Below are positions 18,288 through 27,444 of a DNA stretch of 32,000 nucleotides, one piece after another. The DNA comes from Candidatus Arthromitus sp. SFB-rat-Yit. GTDB lineage: Bacteria > Bacillota > Clostridia > Clostridiales > Clostridiaceae. The DNA lies in the NCBI RefSeq assembly GCF_000283555.1, contig NC_016012.1:180001-212000 (forward strand). Direction: 5' to 3'. Position 1 is the first letter of the stretch, and each line of letters starts with the position of its first letter. Under the pieces are notes generated by a model, which had not been told where the DNA came from, searched no databases, and saw nothing but the letters and a program-made list of their open reading frames with translations. The position numbers and the translations under genes are program-made.

Positions 18288-18960
18288 AGTCATTCCAGAA
18301 ATTTGATTTAAAACATTGACCATTTTGGCAAGGTTCATTTTGTGGGTTAGTATTACAAACATTTTGTATATATCCATAACTTTGATTTGGATAACCATCT
18401 TGAAGTTCTTGAATATTATTACAACATCTATTATTATTTTGAGGATTATATTCAGTATTTTGATTAAATGGTGTAAAGTTGTTACAAGGATACTCAACTG
18501 TATATTCACAACTACTACATTGAGTATTAGTACAATCGTAAGAATCTGAATGGTTTTGATTATAGCAGCATGAATTTGTTGATTGATTATATAAATCTGG
18601 AACATAAGTTGTAGCTTCCATTAGTGTTTGATATGGTGTAGTTGCAACTATTTTATATTTTTTACAACCAGAAGTCCTGTTTAAAAATAGGTTAAATTCA
18701 TACATTCCTCTGCAATTTGAAGTTGTGCAAGCTATGCGTTTGTATTCACAACTGCAACTACTTTTCTCGAATAGTTGAAGTGATGCATAAGGTATAGATG
18801 ATCCAGTGGATGAGTTTAAAACTTCTCCTTTTATGATTAATTTTTTGTATTGACATATTGGAACATTAACCCTAATATTACAACTATTTTGTGCAGTTCC
18901 TGGAGTTACATTTACATTAACAGAACCTGAAATTGTATTTTGATTGCAACAATTATACAT
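18286..18960 (-). CDS. Cys/Asn-rich protein with CarboxypepD_reg/transthyretin-like central region; possible spore coat/exosporium protein
   Basis: 224 aa with 20 Cys; strong RBS (ggagga 6 nt before ATG) on the minus strand; KLIIKGEVLNSSTGSSIPYASLQLFEK...RGMYEFNLFL...KYKIVATTP resembles a carboxypeptidase-regulatory-like fold. Confidence 0.65.
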   Translation of the reverse strand: MYNCCNQNTISGSVNVNVTPGTAQNSCNIRVNVPICQYKKLIIKGEVLNSSTGSSIPYASLQLFEKSSCSCEYKRIACTTSNCRGMYEFNLFLNRTSGCKKYKIVATTPYQTLMEATTYVPDLYNQSTNSCCYNQNHSDSYDCTNTQCSSCEYTVEYPCNNFTPFNQNTEYNPQNNNRCCNNIQELQDGYPNQSYGYIQNVCNTNPQNEPCQNGQCFKSNFWND

Positions 18961-19144
18961 TTTAAATCCTCCGTGTATATAAAAATTTTTATCAAACTCT
19001 CATGTGAAAGTTTTGAATTGTTTTTATAAAATATAGTATTCATTTTTATATATTTGTGTTAATTAAATATAAGAAAATATTAAATATTTTTTTAAAAGAT
19101 GTTAGAATCATTAAAATTAAAGAGAAAGTCTAATGACTTTCTCT

Positions 19145-21049
19145 TTAATCTATAAATGAATTGTATGAAGAGTCTGAACTCATTTTAAAATCTCCTCTTG
19201 GAGAGAGTGATATTTCAGTTATTTTTGGACCATCAGGCATAGCTGAGCGTTTAAATTGATTTTGGAAAAATCTTTTTATGAAAATATTAAGGGAATTTTT
19301 TATTACATCATAAGGATATGTGGATTTAAATGCGTGTAAAGCTAGAAACTCTATTTTTTTAAACGATGCATTGTTTTTTAAAAATTGATATAGGAAAAAG
19401 TCGTGTAACTCATATGGTCCTATGATATTTTCTGTTTTTTGAATAATTTTATCGTATTTATCTGTAGGAAGAAGCTCTGGAGATATCGGAGTATTTATTA
19501 TATCTATAAGTATGTTTTTGGTACTTTCAGATACGTTATAATTTTCATAATAGTGTTTAAGTAAATGTTTTATTAATGTTTTTGGAATGGAGGAGTTTAT
19601 GTTATACATACTCATATGATCTCCGTTATAAGTAGAAAATCCTAGAGCTATTTCAGATAAATCACCTGTACCTAAAAGTATTGCTCCTTCTTTATTTGAT
19701 AAATCCATAAGTATTTGTGTGCGTTCCCTTGCTTGAGAATTTTCATATGTAACATCAAAAATATTTTCATCATGATTGATATCCTTAAAATGCTGTCTAA
19801 CTGAATTTGTTATATCTATAGATTTAAGTGTTACATTTAATTCTTTGCATAGGCTTATTGCATTATTTTTGGTTTTATTTGATGTTCCAAATCCAGGCAT
19901 TGTTACAGCAATTATATTTTTAGTATCTATGTGCATAAGATTAAAGGCATTATATGATGAAATGAGTGCAAGTGTTGAGTCCAAACCCCCACTTATACCA
20001 AGAATAATTTTAGAACTATTTACATGGGATAGTCTTTTCTCAAGAGAGCATTTCTGCATAATAAATATTTCCTCAAACAATTCCTTGTTTTTTTCTTGAT
20101 TTTCGTATATAAAGGGATTTAAGTTTATTTTCCTATCAAATTTTCCATATGAAATATCATCAAATGGTATATTGATTATTTTAATATCTTGGTTATGGTA
20201 TTTAAATGAATCTCTAAATGTTATGTTATTAACACGAGATGTATTTAAATATTCTATATCGATTATCCCTGAGCATACAGTATTTTCAAATAAGAATCTA
20301 TCACTTTCTTTAATAAGATCACCATTTTCGTATATAGCATTGTAAGATGAGAAAACGAGATCTGTTGTTGATTCAGATGGACTTGAGTTTGCGTATAAGT
20401 ATGCTGCGTTTATTTTTGAACTATGATATTTAATGAGGTTTTTTCTGTATTCGTGTTTGAAATTTGTTTCGTTTGATGCAGATAAATTACATATTATGTT
20501 TGCTCCATTTATTGATAGGTAGGAGCTTTTTGGTATTGGTGCCCAAAGATCTTCACAAATTTCTATTCCTATTTTGATATCTTTGTAACAAAACAAAATA
20601 TCTGTTCCAAAGTATGTTTTATCTCCCATGAATGAAACTTCGGTACATTTTATAAATCCTTCTGTAAAATATCTTTTTTCATAAAATTCTTGGTAATTTG
20701 GGAGATATGTTTTTGGAACGATACCTAGAAGTATTCCTTTATGAATTATAAATGCTGAGTTAAAAAGAGAGTTATTATGCTCAAAAATACACCCAACGAT
20801 AATTAAAATATCTTTATCTTGAGAAAAATTTAAAATTTCTTTGATACCTTCATAACTTTTTTCAAGGGTAGTTCTTTTTAAGAACATATCAAAACAGGAG
20901 TATGATGTTACTGAGAGTTCTGGAAATAAGATGAGTTTTGATTTGTCACGTAATGCTTCATTTATGCACTTTTTGATATTCGATACATTGTGAGAAATAT
21001 CACATACCTTTGTATTTATACTTGATGTACTAACTCGTATAAAATTCAT
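19145..21049 (-). CDS. nadE: Glutamine-dependent NAD+ synthase
   Basis: 634 aa; nitrilase-type N-domain (LFPELSVTSYSC, GIEICEDLWAP) plus synthase domain (ILGISGGLDSTLAL, LLGTGDLSEIALGFSTYNGDHMSMYN). Confidence 0.96.
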   Translation of the reverse strand: MNFIRVSTSSINTKVCDISHNVSNIKKCINEALRDKSKLILFPELSVTSYSCFDMFLKRTTLEKSYEGIKEILNFSQDKDILIIVGCIFEHNNSLFNSAFIIHKGILLGIVPKTYLPNYQEFYEKRYFTEGFIKCTEVSFMGDKTYFGTDILFCYKDIKIGIEICEDLWAPIPKSSYLSINGANIICNLSASNETNFKHEYRKNLIKYHSSKINAAYLYANSSPSESTTDLVFSSYNAIYENGDLIKESDRFLFENTVCSGIIDIEYLNTSRVNNITFRDSFKYHNQDIKIINIPFDDISYGKFDRKINLNPFIYENQEKNKELFEEIFIMQKCSLEKRLSHVNSSKIILGISGGLDSTLALISSYNAFNLMHIDTKNIIAVTMPGFGTSNKTKNNAISLCKELNVTLKSIDITNSVRQHFKDINHDENIFDVTYENSQARERTQILMDLSNKEGAILLGTGDLSEIALGFSTYNGDHMSMYNINSSIPKTLIKHLLKHYYENYNVSESTKNILIDIINTPISPELLPTDKYDKIIQKTENIIGPYELHDFFLYQFLKNNASFKKIEFLALHAFKSTYPYDVIKNSLNIFIKRFFQNQFKRSAMPDGPKITEISLSPRGDFKMSSDSSYNSFID

Positions 21050-21134
21050 TTAATTCACTCCTTGAAATTAAAATATATAGTTTTTATACTAAAACTATAT
21101 GGTGATAAATTTTATTTAGATTGGAGGGATTTAT

Positions 21135-21830
21135 TTGGATTTATTAGAAGAATTTGATATTTTTAGTGTTAAAGATACGTTTAGAGAAATTATAATAAAA
21201 GAAAGTCATCATGAATATTTTAAAAGATTGATGAATGATTTAAAAGATGAATATAAAAATAATACTATTTTCCCTAAAAAGCTTGATGTGTTTAATGCTT
21301 TTAAATATAGGGATATTAATGATATAAAGTGCGTTATAATTGGACAAGATCCTTATTATAAGAAAAACGAAGCACATGGATTATCTTTCTCTATTTGTGA
21401 TAAAGATTTAAAAATACCGAGTTCTTTAAGAAATATTTTTAAGGAACTTAAAGATGATTTGGGAATAAATGCTCCATGTCATGGGAATTTAAGTTCATGG
21501 TGTGAAGAGGGAGTACTTCTTATAAATTCTATATTAACTGTGCGTGAGGGATTTCCTAATTCTCATAAGGATATTGGGTGGGATATATTTACAAATAATA
21601 TTATAAAAAAATTATCTGAATTTAGGAGTAATTTAGTTTTTATATTATGGGGTAATTTTGCAATAAAAAAGGAAATTTTAATAAATCATAAGAAACATTT
21701 AATAATAAAGTCATCTCATCCGAGTGGACTTTCAGCTCATAGGGGATTTTTTAAATCTAAGCCATTTTCAAGAACTAATAGTTATTTGAAAGAACATTCA
21801 CTCGGTGAGATTGAATGGAAAATAAATTAA
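21135..21830 (+). CDS. ung: Uracil-DNA glycosylase
   Basis: 231 aa; CVIIGQDPYYKKNEAHGLSFS, LLINSILTVREG, HPSGLSAHRGFF; TTG start with ggagg RBS. Confidence 0.96.
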   Translation: MDLLEEFDIFSVKDTFREIIIKESHHEYFKRLMNDLKDEYKNNTIFPKKLDVFNAFKYRDINDIKCVIIGQDPYYKKNEAHGLSFSICDKDLKIPSSLRNIFKELKDDLGINAPCHGNLSSWCEEGVLLINSILTVREGFPNSHKDIGWDIFTNNIIKKLSEFRSNLVFILWGNFAIKKEILINHKKHLIIKSSHPSGLSAHRGFFKSKPFSRTNSYLKEHSLGEIEWKIN

Positions 21831-21895
21831 GTATGGGATTATAAAAACACTCTTGATGAAATAATATAAAAAAATATTGGGAGATATGATTTTAA

Positions 21896-22957
21896 GTGGA
21901 AGATTTATATTTAGAAGTTAATTTATCTAACATAGATAAAAATATTGGTATAATTAGAAATATTTTGGGGAATAAAAAACTCATAGCAGTTGTTAAAGGG
22001 GATGCATATGGACTTGGTATACATAAAATATGTGATTTTATTAAGGCAAAAGTAGATTTATTTGGTGTTTCAGATCTTTGTGAAGGTATAATACTTTATA
22101 ATATGGGGATTGAAAATGAAATTTTAATATTAACTCCAATTATCAAAGAGGAATATTTCAAACACCCGCTTATAGAGAAATTTACTATAACTATAGATAA
22201 TAAGGAAATTTTAAATTTTATACCTGAATATATTAATATAAATGCTCATGTATATGTGTGTACTGGAATGAATAGAAAAGGTATAAAAATTGAAGAATTA
22301 CATGAATTTATAAAATACATAGAAAATAATTATAATAATATAAATATAACAGGGATATATACTCATTTGCATAATACAAAAGATGAAAATTATACATTAA
22401 AACAAATAGAAATGTTTGAGAATGTTGTATCTAAGTATAAAGGTAAATATTTGATACATGCTTTAAATTCAAAGGGATTTATAAATAAAAATATTAGGAA
22501 TAGAGCAAATTTTTGCGATGGAGTAAGGGTTGGGAATTTGTTATATGGATATGATGGTGCATGTTTAGGAATATCTAAGAGCTTTGATTATTACTCAAAA
22601 GTTATATCATCTTATATGGTTAAAAAAGGAGAATTTATTGGATATGGGAATAAGGTTAAATTAAAAAAAGATACAAATATTTGTATACTTGGGATTGGTA
22701 ATATACATCATATAGGATTTTATAGAGATTTTAGAAAAAATTTTATATATGATTTTTTGAGATTTATATATAGATATTTTATTAAGCCATGCGAAATATA
22801 TAAGGGGGATAAGAAGGTCAAAATGCTTGGAACGAGCAATATGAATTTAACGCTTGTTGATGGAGAGGGACTTGAGGTGGGTGATTATCTAAGAGTGTGC
22901 ATATCTCCTATACTTGGAGATAGTTCTATACATAAAAAATATATAAATAAGGAGTGA
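21896..22957 (+). CDS. alr: Alanine racemase family PLP enzyme
   Basis: 353 aa; LYLEVNLSNIDKNIGIIR, PLP-lysine motif LIAVVKGDAYGLG, YVCTGMNRKGI, GVRVGNLLYG, C-terminal KKGEFIGYGNKVK and MLGTSNMNLTLVD; GTG start. Confidence 0.85.
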   Translation: MEDLYLEVNLSNIDKNIGIIRNILGNKKLIAVVKGDAYGLGIHKICDFIKAKVDLFGVSDLCEGIILYNMGIENEILILTPIIKEEYFKHPLIEKFTITIDNKEILNFIPEYININAHVYVCTGMNRKGIKIEELHEFIKYIENNYNNINITGIYTHLHNTKDENYTLKQIEMFENVVSKYKGKYLIHALNSKGFINKNIRNRANFCDGVRVGNLLYGYDGACLGISKSFDYYSKVISSYMVKKGEFIGYGNKVKLKKDTNICILGIGNIHHIGFYRDFRKNFIYDFLRFIYRYFIKPCEIYKGDKKVKMLGTSNMNLTLVDGEGLEVGDYLRVCISPILGDSSIHKKYINKE

Positions 22958-22962
22958 ATGTT

Positions 22963-23577
22963 TTGTCTACATATTTGTTTAATAATAAAAGGGATCGAGA
23001 AACCAATAAATTGATGGGAGTAGTTATATTTTTAATTTTATCTTTAGTATTTACAATAGTGATTTCGTTATCTATATTTTTAGTTTATTTTGATGATTAT
23101 ATGAGCATACAAAAGCAATATTCTATACTTGAAGAAAAACTTCAAAAGATAAGTGTTGAGAATTATGAGAAGAACAGTTATTATAATCGTTTGAATGATG
23201 AACTTAATCAAGCTAAGAATGAAGTGAGTAAACTTACGTTAGAGAAAGATATATCTGATAAGAATATTAAGTTGGTTGAATATTTTATAAATGCTGTTAA
23301 TTCTGGTAATTCAAAAGATATAAATAGATTTTTGGACGCTAGTAAAAATAATTCTTTTACTATACCTAAAAATTATGTATTTCCACAGGATATGGAAGCT
23401 GGAAGATTTGTGTTGAATGATGATTTAAAAAGTGGTAGTGTTACATATTTTTATACAGAAGCTGGTAAGCGTACGGATAAATATGTGTTTAATATGATTT
23501 TGAAAAATAATGTCTGGTATATAGAAAATTTTAATTTAATTGAGTATGCTCTTGAAAAGGAAGCTTTGGAATATTGA
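22963..23577 (+). CDS. Uncharacterised single-pass membrane protein with coiled-coil
   Basis: N-terminal TM (LMGVVIFLILSLVFTIVISLSIFLVYF) followed by a coiled-coil-like region. The ORF track starts at 22954 (GTG), but aaggag at 22949-22954 is better spaced for the in-frame TTG at 22963. Confidence 0.7.
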   Translation: MSTYLFNNKRDRETNKLMGVVIFLILSLVFTIVISLSIFLVYFDDYMSIQKQYSILEEKLQKISVENYEKNSYYNRLNDELNQAKNEVSKLTLEKDISDKNIKLVEYFINAVNSGNSKDINRFLDASKNNSFTIPKNYVFPQDMEAGRFVLNDDLKSGSVTYFYTEAGKRTDKYVFNMILKNNVWYIENFNLIEYALEKEALEY

Positions 23578-23582
23578 TAAAT

Positions 23583-23614
23583 CGCCATTAGGACTTTTAT
23601 AATGGCGTTTTTTT
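23583..23614 (+). terminator. Rho-independent terminator separating the alr-containing unit from the dapF-like unit
   Basis: CGCCATTA (23583-23590) / TAATGGCG (23600-23607) followed by TTTTTTT. Confidence 0.9.
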
Positions 23615-23642
23615 GTTATAATTTTTTAAAGGAGGTAATGTT

Positions 23643-24476
23643 ATGAGGAAGTTTTTTAAATATGAAGCTCTAGGAAATGATTACATAGTCATTGATCCAA
23701 AAAATTTTGATATTACGATGAATTCAGAAAATATAGTTAAAATTTGTCATAGAAATTTTGGATGTGGATCTGATGGAATATTGTATGGTCCAATTTTTAA
23801 GGAAGATAAGATATTTTTGAAAATATTTAATCCTGACGGCAGCGAAGCTGAGAAAAGTGGAAACGGGATAAGAATATTTTCAAAATATTTAAAAGATGAG
23901 GGATATATAAAAGATGAAAGTTTTAAACTTCAAACAAAAGGGGGAGAGGTTTTAATTAAATATTTAAATAATGATGGGAGCGTTATAAAAGTATCTATGG
24001 GTAAAGTATCTTTCAATTCAAGAGATATTGGAGTTAATGGGGATGAAAGAGAAGTTATAGAGGAGTATATACATGTGATCGATAGAAAATTTAATATAAC
24101 TTCTTTAAGTATTGGTAATCCACATACAGTTTGTATATTTGATAAGCTAGATGATGAAAGCATACATAAATATGGGAAATATATTGAAAACCATGAAATG
24201 TTTATAAATAGAACTAATGTTCAATTTGTGGAAGTAATTGATAGAAATACTATTAAAATAAAAATACATGAAAGAGGTGCGGGGTATACACTAGCGTCTG
24301 GCTCAAGTAGTTGTGCTGCTGCAAGTGTTTGTTATAAATTATCTTTAGTGGATTCAGATATTTTAGTTAAGTGTGATGGAGGAGATATCAGAGTTCAGAT
24401 TGATGATGATGGAGAAGTGTTTATGACAGGGGAAGTTTCTAGAGTTTATGACGGTGTTCTTAGGATGAATTTATAA
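23643..24476 (+). CDS. Diaminopimelate epimerase family (DapF-like) protein lacking both catalytic cysteines
   Basis: 277 aa; FFKYEALGNDYIVID, IFNPDGSEAEKSGNGIRIF, LSIGNPHTVCIFD, HERGAGYTLASGSSSCAAA. Clear family membership but substituted active-site residues. Confidence 0.85.
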   Translation: MRKFFKYEALGNDYIVIDPKNFDITMNSENIVKICHRNFGCGSDGILYGPIFKEDKIFLKIFNPDGSEAEKSGNGIRIFSKYLKDEGYIKDESFKLQTKGGEVLIKYLNNDGSVIKVSMGKVSFNSRDIGVNGDEREVIEEYIHVIDRKFNITSLSIGNPHTVCIFDKLDDESIHKYGKYIENHEMFINRTNVQFVEVIDRNTIKIKIHERGAGYTLASGSSSCAAASVCYKLSLVDSDILVKCDGGDIRVQIDDDGEVFMTGEVSRVYDGVLRMNL

Positions 24477-25198
24477 TGGAGTTTGATTTTTGTGGGAAAA
24501 CTGTTTTAGTTACGGGGTATTTCAGTGATATAGGGTATAGTATATGCGATATGTATCTTAAGAATAATGCAAAGGTAATATCAACATATAATAAAACTTA
24601 TGAAGAGAATAGGGTTAATAGTGGTATAGAATTATTTTATTTAGATTTGGAAAATTTAGAGAGTATATATAAATTTATAAATAATCTTAAGGATAGAGGT
24701 ATATTCAAGATAGATATACTTGTTAATAACATAGGGGTTTGTGATATAAATCCACTAATATTTCAAAATGATCATAAAATTATATCTATAATGAATGTGA
24801 ATTTGACTAATACTATAATTTTAACAAAACATATTTTAAAAGATTTTATGATTGAGAACGGGAGAGTAATAAATATATCATCAATTTGGGGTAGAGTTGG
24901 AGCATCTTGCGAGATTGCATATTCATCATCAAAAGGCGGCATTAATTTATTTACAAAATCATTATCACAAGAGATGAAATCAAGAGATATAAAGGTTATA
25001 GGTATATCACCTGGGTTTATTAAAACAAAAATGAACAAGAATTTATCAGAAGAAGATATTAAAGTTATTATAGATGAAATTCCTCTTAGATTACTTGGTG
25101 AAGTTTATCATATAGTTGATGGAGTTAAGTTTTTTTCGAGCGATTATTCAAACTTAAGTGGAGAAATTATAAATATAGATGGAGGATGGATTTTATAG
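24476..25198 (+). CDS. Short-chain dehydrogenase/reductase (FabG-like SDR)
   Basis: 240 aa; VLVTGYFSDIG nucleotide-binding motif, NNIG, NISSIWG, YSSSK catalytic motif, ISPGFIKT, IINIDGGWIL; overlaps the dapF-like stop by 1 nt. Confidence 0.9.
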   Translation: MEFDFCGKTVLVTGYFSDIGYSICDMYLKNNAKVISTYNKTYEENRVNSGIELFYLDLENLESIYKFINNLKDRGIFKIDILVNNIGVCDINPLIFQNDHKIISIMNVNLTNTIILTKHILKDFMIENGRVINISSIWGRVGASCEIAYSSSKGGINLFTKSLSQEMKSRDIKVIGISPGFIKTKMNKNLSEEDIKVIIDEIPLRLLGEVYHIVDGVKFFSSDYSNLSGEIINIDGGWIL

Positions 25199-25217
25199 GG
25201 GTGTTTTATTTTGTATA

Positions 25218-25248
25218 TTAAAATGTTAAAATAATTTTAACATTTTAA
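25218..25248. promoter_or_regulatory. Perfect 31-nt AT-rich inverted repeat (hairpin or operator)
   Basis: TTAAAATGTTAAAAT-A-ATTTTAACATTTTAA; 15-bp perfect arms, 1-nt centre. Confidence 0.5.
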
Positions 25249-25273
25249 TACTTTATTATTAGGAGGATTTTTA

Positions 25274-25978
25274 ATGAGTGCATTTGCGTTAAAATCGATA
25301 GCATTTGTTTTAATGGTTCTTGATCATATTTTTTATTACATAAAAGACACACCGATAATATTTACATATTTAGGGCGTATTGTTGCACCCATATATTTTT
25401 ATCTTTTAGTTGAGAGTTTTTTTCATACAAGAAATAGAAAGAAATTTACCATACGTTTGTTTAGTTTTGCGTTTATAGTCATGTTTGTTATAAATTTTAT
25501 GTTTAAGCAACCAATGAACATATTTTTATCTATGGCATTGGGAGTTTGTATGTTAAATTTAATTGAGTTTATTAAAAATAATAAAGGGAATATATGGAAA
25601 ATATTGATTTCATGTATTGGCATAATTCTTATAATATGTATATCTTTATATACGGAAGCGACTTATTTGGGAATTGGTATGATGCTTATATTTTATTTCT
25701 TTAGAGATAAGAAATTTTGGATGATACTTTCCTACATTGTACTCTCGTTAATTGATATACCATTTTTAATAGGCATACCTAATTTTATCAAATACATTTT
25801 TTTAATAAATTATCAATGGATGATGGTATTTGCAATTATACCTATTATGTTATATAACGGCAAACCAGGTCTTAGAAATAATTTTTTCAAGTATTTTTTC
25901 TACATAGCATACCCTGTTCATTTAATAATTATTTTGATAATTGGAAATACAATTAATCCTTATTTAGAGTATTTTTAA
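25274..25978 (+). CDS. TraX-family-like integral membrane protein
   Basis: 234 aa polytopic; FALKSIAFVLMVLDHIFYY...YLGRIVAPIYFYLLVESFFHTRNRKKF; aggagg RBS. Confidence 0.85.
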   Translation: MSAFALKSIAFVLMVLDHIFYYIKDTPIIFTYLGRIVAPIYFYLLVESFFHTRNRKKFTIRLFSFAFIVMFVINFMFKQPMNIFLSMALGVCMLNLIEFIKNNKGNIWKILISCIGIILIICISLYTEATYLGIGMMLIFYFFRDKKFWMILSYIVLSLIDIPFLIGIPNFIKYIFLINYQWMMVFAIIPIMLYNGKPGLRNNFFKYFFYIAYPVHLIIILIIGNTINPYLEYF

Positions 25979-26052
25979 TTTAAATAAAACATCTTATATG
26001 ATACAATTTATATAACGATTAAGAGAGTAAATATATTTGGGAAAGGTTTTGT

Positions 26053-27321
26053 TTGATCATGAAGCATAGGTATAGAATTAATATGCAAAATATAGACAAT
26101 TTAGATGATTTACAGATAGATATAGCACCTTTTACTATTTTTACTGGTGATAATAACAGTGGTAAAAGTACTGTTATGAATATATTGTATGGTGTGGGTG
26201 CGTTATCTAAAGATATAATAAAAAATGGTGACACGAATTCAAAAGAATATTCTGTGTGTATGGATTACATAAGAGATTTAAAGGAAAATAGAGAAGGATG
26301 TATAGATAGAGAAATAGGAAATATTTTTTGTGATTTTTTTAATGTATCTTTGGTAAAAAATAAGGAAGAGTTTTTCAATAAGATATTTAATGTAAGTATT
26401 GAAAATAATTATAAGAGATTTGAAGACTCTAATATTTTTTTATCTGATTATAGAATCTTTCCAAAGGTTTATATATCTGTTGACGATTTTTGTGATGAGA
26501 TTATAATTGAAGGGGATTATGTAAGAATACCTTCTAATTTTTTTGAAGATGAAGATTATATACTAAAGCTTATATGTAACAAAGTAATTGAGGATGGATT
26601 TAGCGATACGAATTCATCTAATTCTATTTTTATACCTTCAGGAAGAAGTACTTTTTTATGTTATCCTAGTATATTTAAAACCATAAAGTATCAAAATCTA
26701 AGTACGGATGATTTTATAAATCGTGTTGAGAATCTTGAGTGTGTAGAAGATGGTGTATACTCAAGTATATGTAACTTTATAGAGAGAGATATAGTTAAAG
26801 GTGTTTTTACCAATGATTCATATAAGTGTAGTTTAAACGGAATAGAAATACCAATTAGTATGGCATCTGACTCCATAAGAGAAATTGCATCTATTGTGTT
26901 ATTTTTAAAATCAAAAGATAGGATCACTTCATTTTTTATAGAGGAAATTGAAAGTCATATTGATCTAAGGTTACAGAGGAGTATTGTAAGTGCTATTGTT
27001 AGAATAATAAATGCAGGTACAAAGATATTCATGTCAACTAATAGTCATGTTATATTAGATCAAATATGTAATTTTATATTGCTCAATAATTTAAATAGAA
27101 ATAAGATTGAGGGATTTGGATATATAATAAATGATGTTTTAAATTCAAATGATGTAAGTATATATGAGTTTAACTATGGAGAGGACAATAGAGTTTTTGT
27201 AAATAAAATTAATGTGGATTATAATGGATTCAGGATAGATATGAGAGAAGAGGTTCTTGAAGACATATCAAAAGAGAATTTACAACTTAAGTTTGAGATG
27301 TTTGATAATAATGGAAGATAA
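26053..27321 (+). CDS. AAA/RecF-OLD-like ATPase of unknown function
   Basis: 422 aa; Walker A FTGDNNSGKST, signature-like ISMASDSIREIASI, Walker B-like SFFIEEIESHIDLRLQ, IFMSTNSHVILDQ. Start could be TTG 26053 or ATG 26059. Confidence 0.85.
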   Translation: MIMKHRYRINMQNIDNLDDLQIDIAPFTIFTGDNNSGKSTVMNILYGVGALSKDIIKNGDTNSKEYSVCMDYIRDLKENREGCIDREIGNIFCDFFNVSLVKNKEEFFNKIFNVSIENNYKRFEDSNIFLSDYRIFPKVYISVDDFCDEIIIEGDYVRIPSNFFEDEDYILKLICNKVIEDGFSDTNSSNSIFIPSGRSTFLCYPSIFKTIKYQNLSTDDFINRVENLECVEDGVYSSICNFIERDIVKGVFTNDSYKCSLNGIEIPISMASDSIREIASIVLFLKSKDRITSFFIEEIESHIDLRLQRSIVSAIVRIINAGTKIFMSTNSHVILDQICNFILLNNLNRNKIEGFGYIINDVLNSNDVSIYEFNYGEDNRVFVNKINVDYNGFRIDMREEVLEDISKENLQLKFEMFDNNGR

Positions 27322-27351
27322 GGCTATCTTTTTAGATAGCCTTATTTTTTT
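27320..27351 (+). terminator. Rho-independent terminator after ATPase gene
   Basis: AAGGCTATCT-TTTT-AGATAGCCTTATTTTTTT. Confidence 0.93.
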
Positions 27352-27444
27352 AACTTTTAATATTAAATATTAAATAATAGAAAAAATAATTAATATATGG
27401 TAAAATTTATTAACAATAATGATAGAATTGTGGAGATAAATTTT

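Noticed and set aside
18316-18549. Plus-strand ORF antisense to the Cys-rich gene
   Set aside because: Low-complexity Ile/Thr-rich mirror of the Asn/Cys-rich frame; the minus-strand gene has the strong RBS.
19776-20099. Plus-strand ORF antisense to nadE
   Set aside because: Lies entirely within the conserved nadE coding region.
21896-25198. Single operon alr - membrane protein - dapF-like - SDR for a dedicated amino-acid pathway
   Set aside because: A clear terminator at 23583-23614 breaks the cluster into two units; only the dapF-like/SDR pair is coupled.
26019-26927. Minus-strand ORFs 26019-26234 and 26691-26927
   Set aside because: Antisense to the ATPase gene containing the Walker A and conserved core; no independent support.
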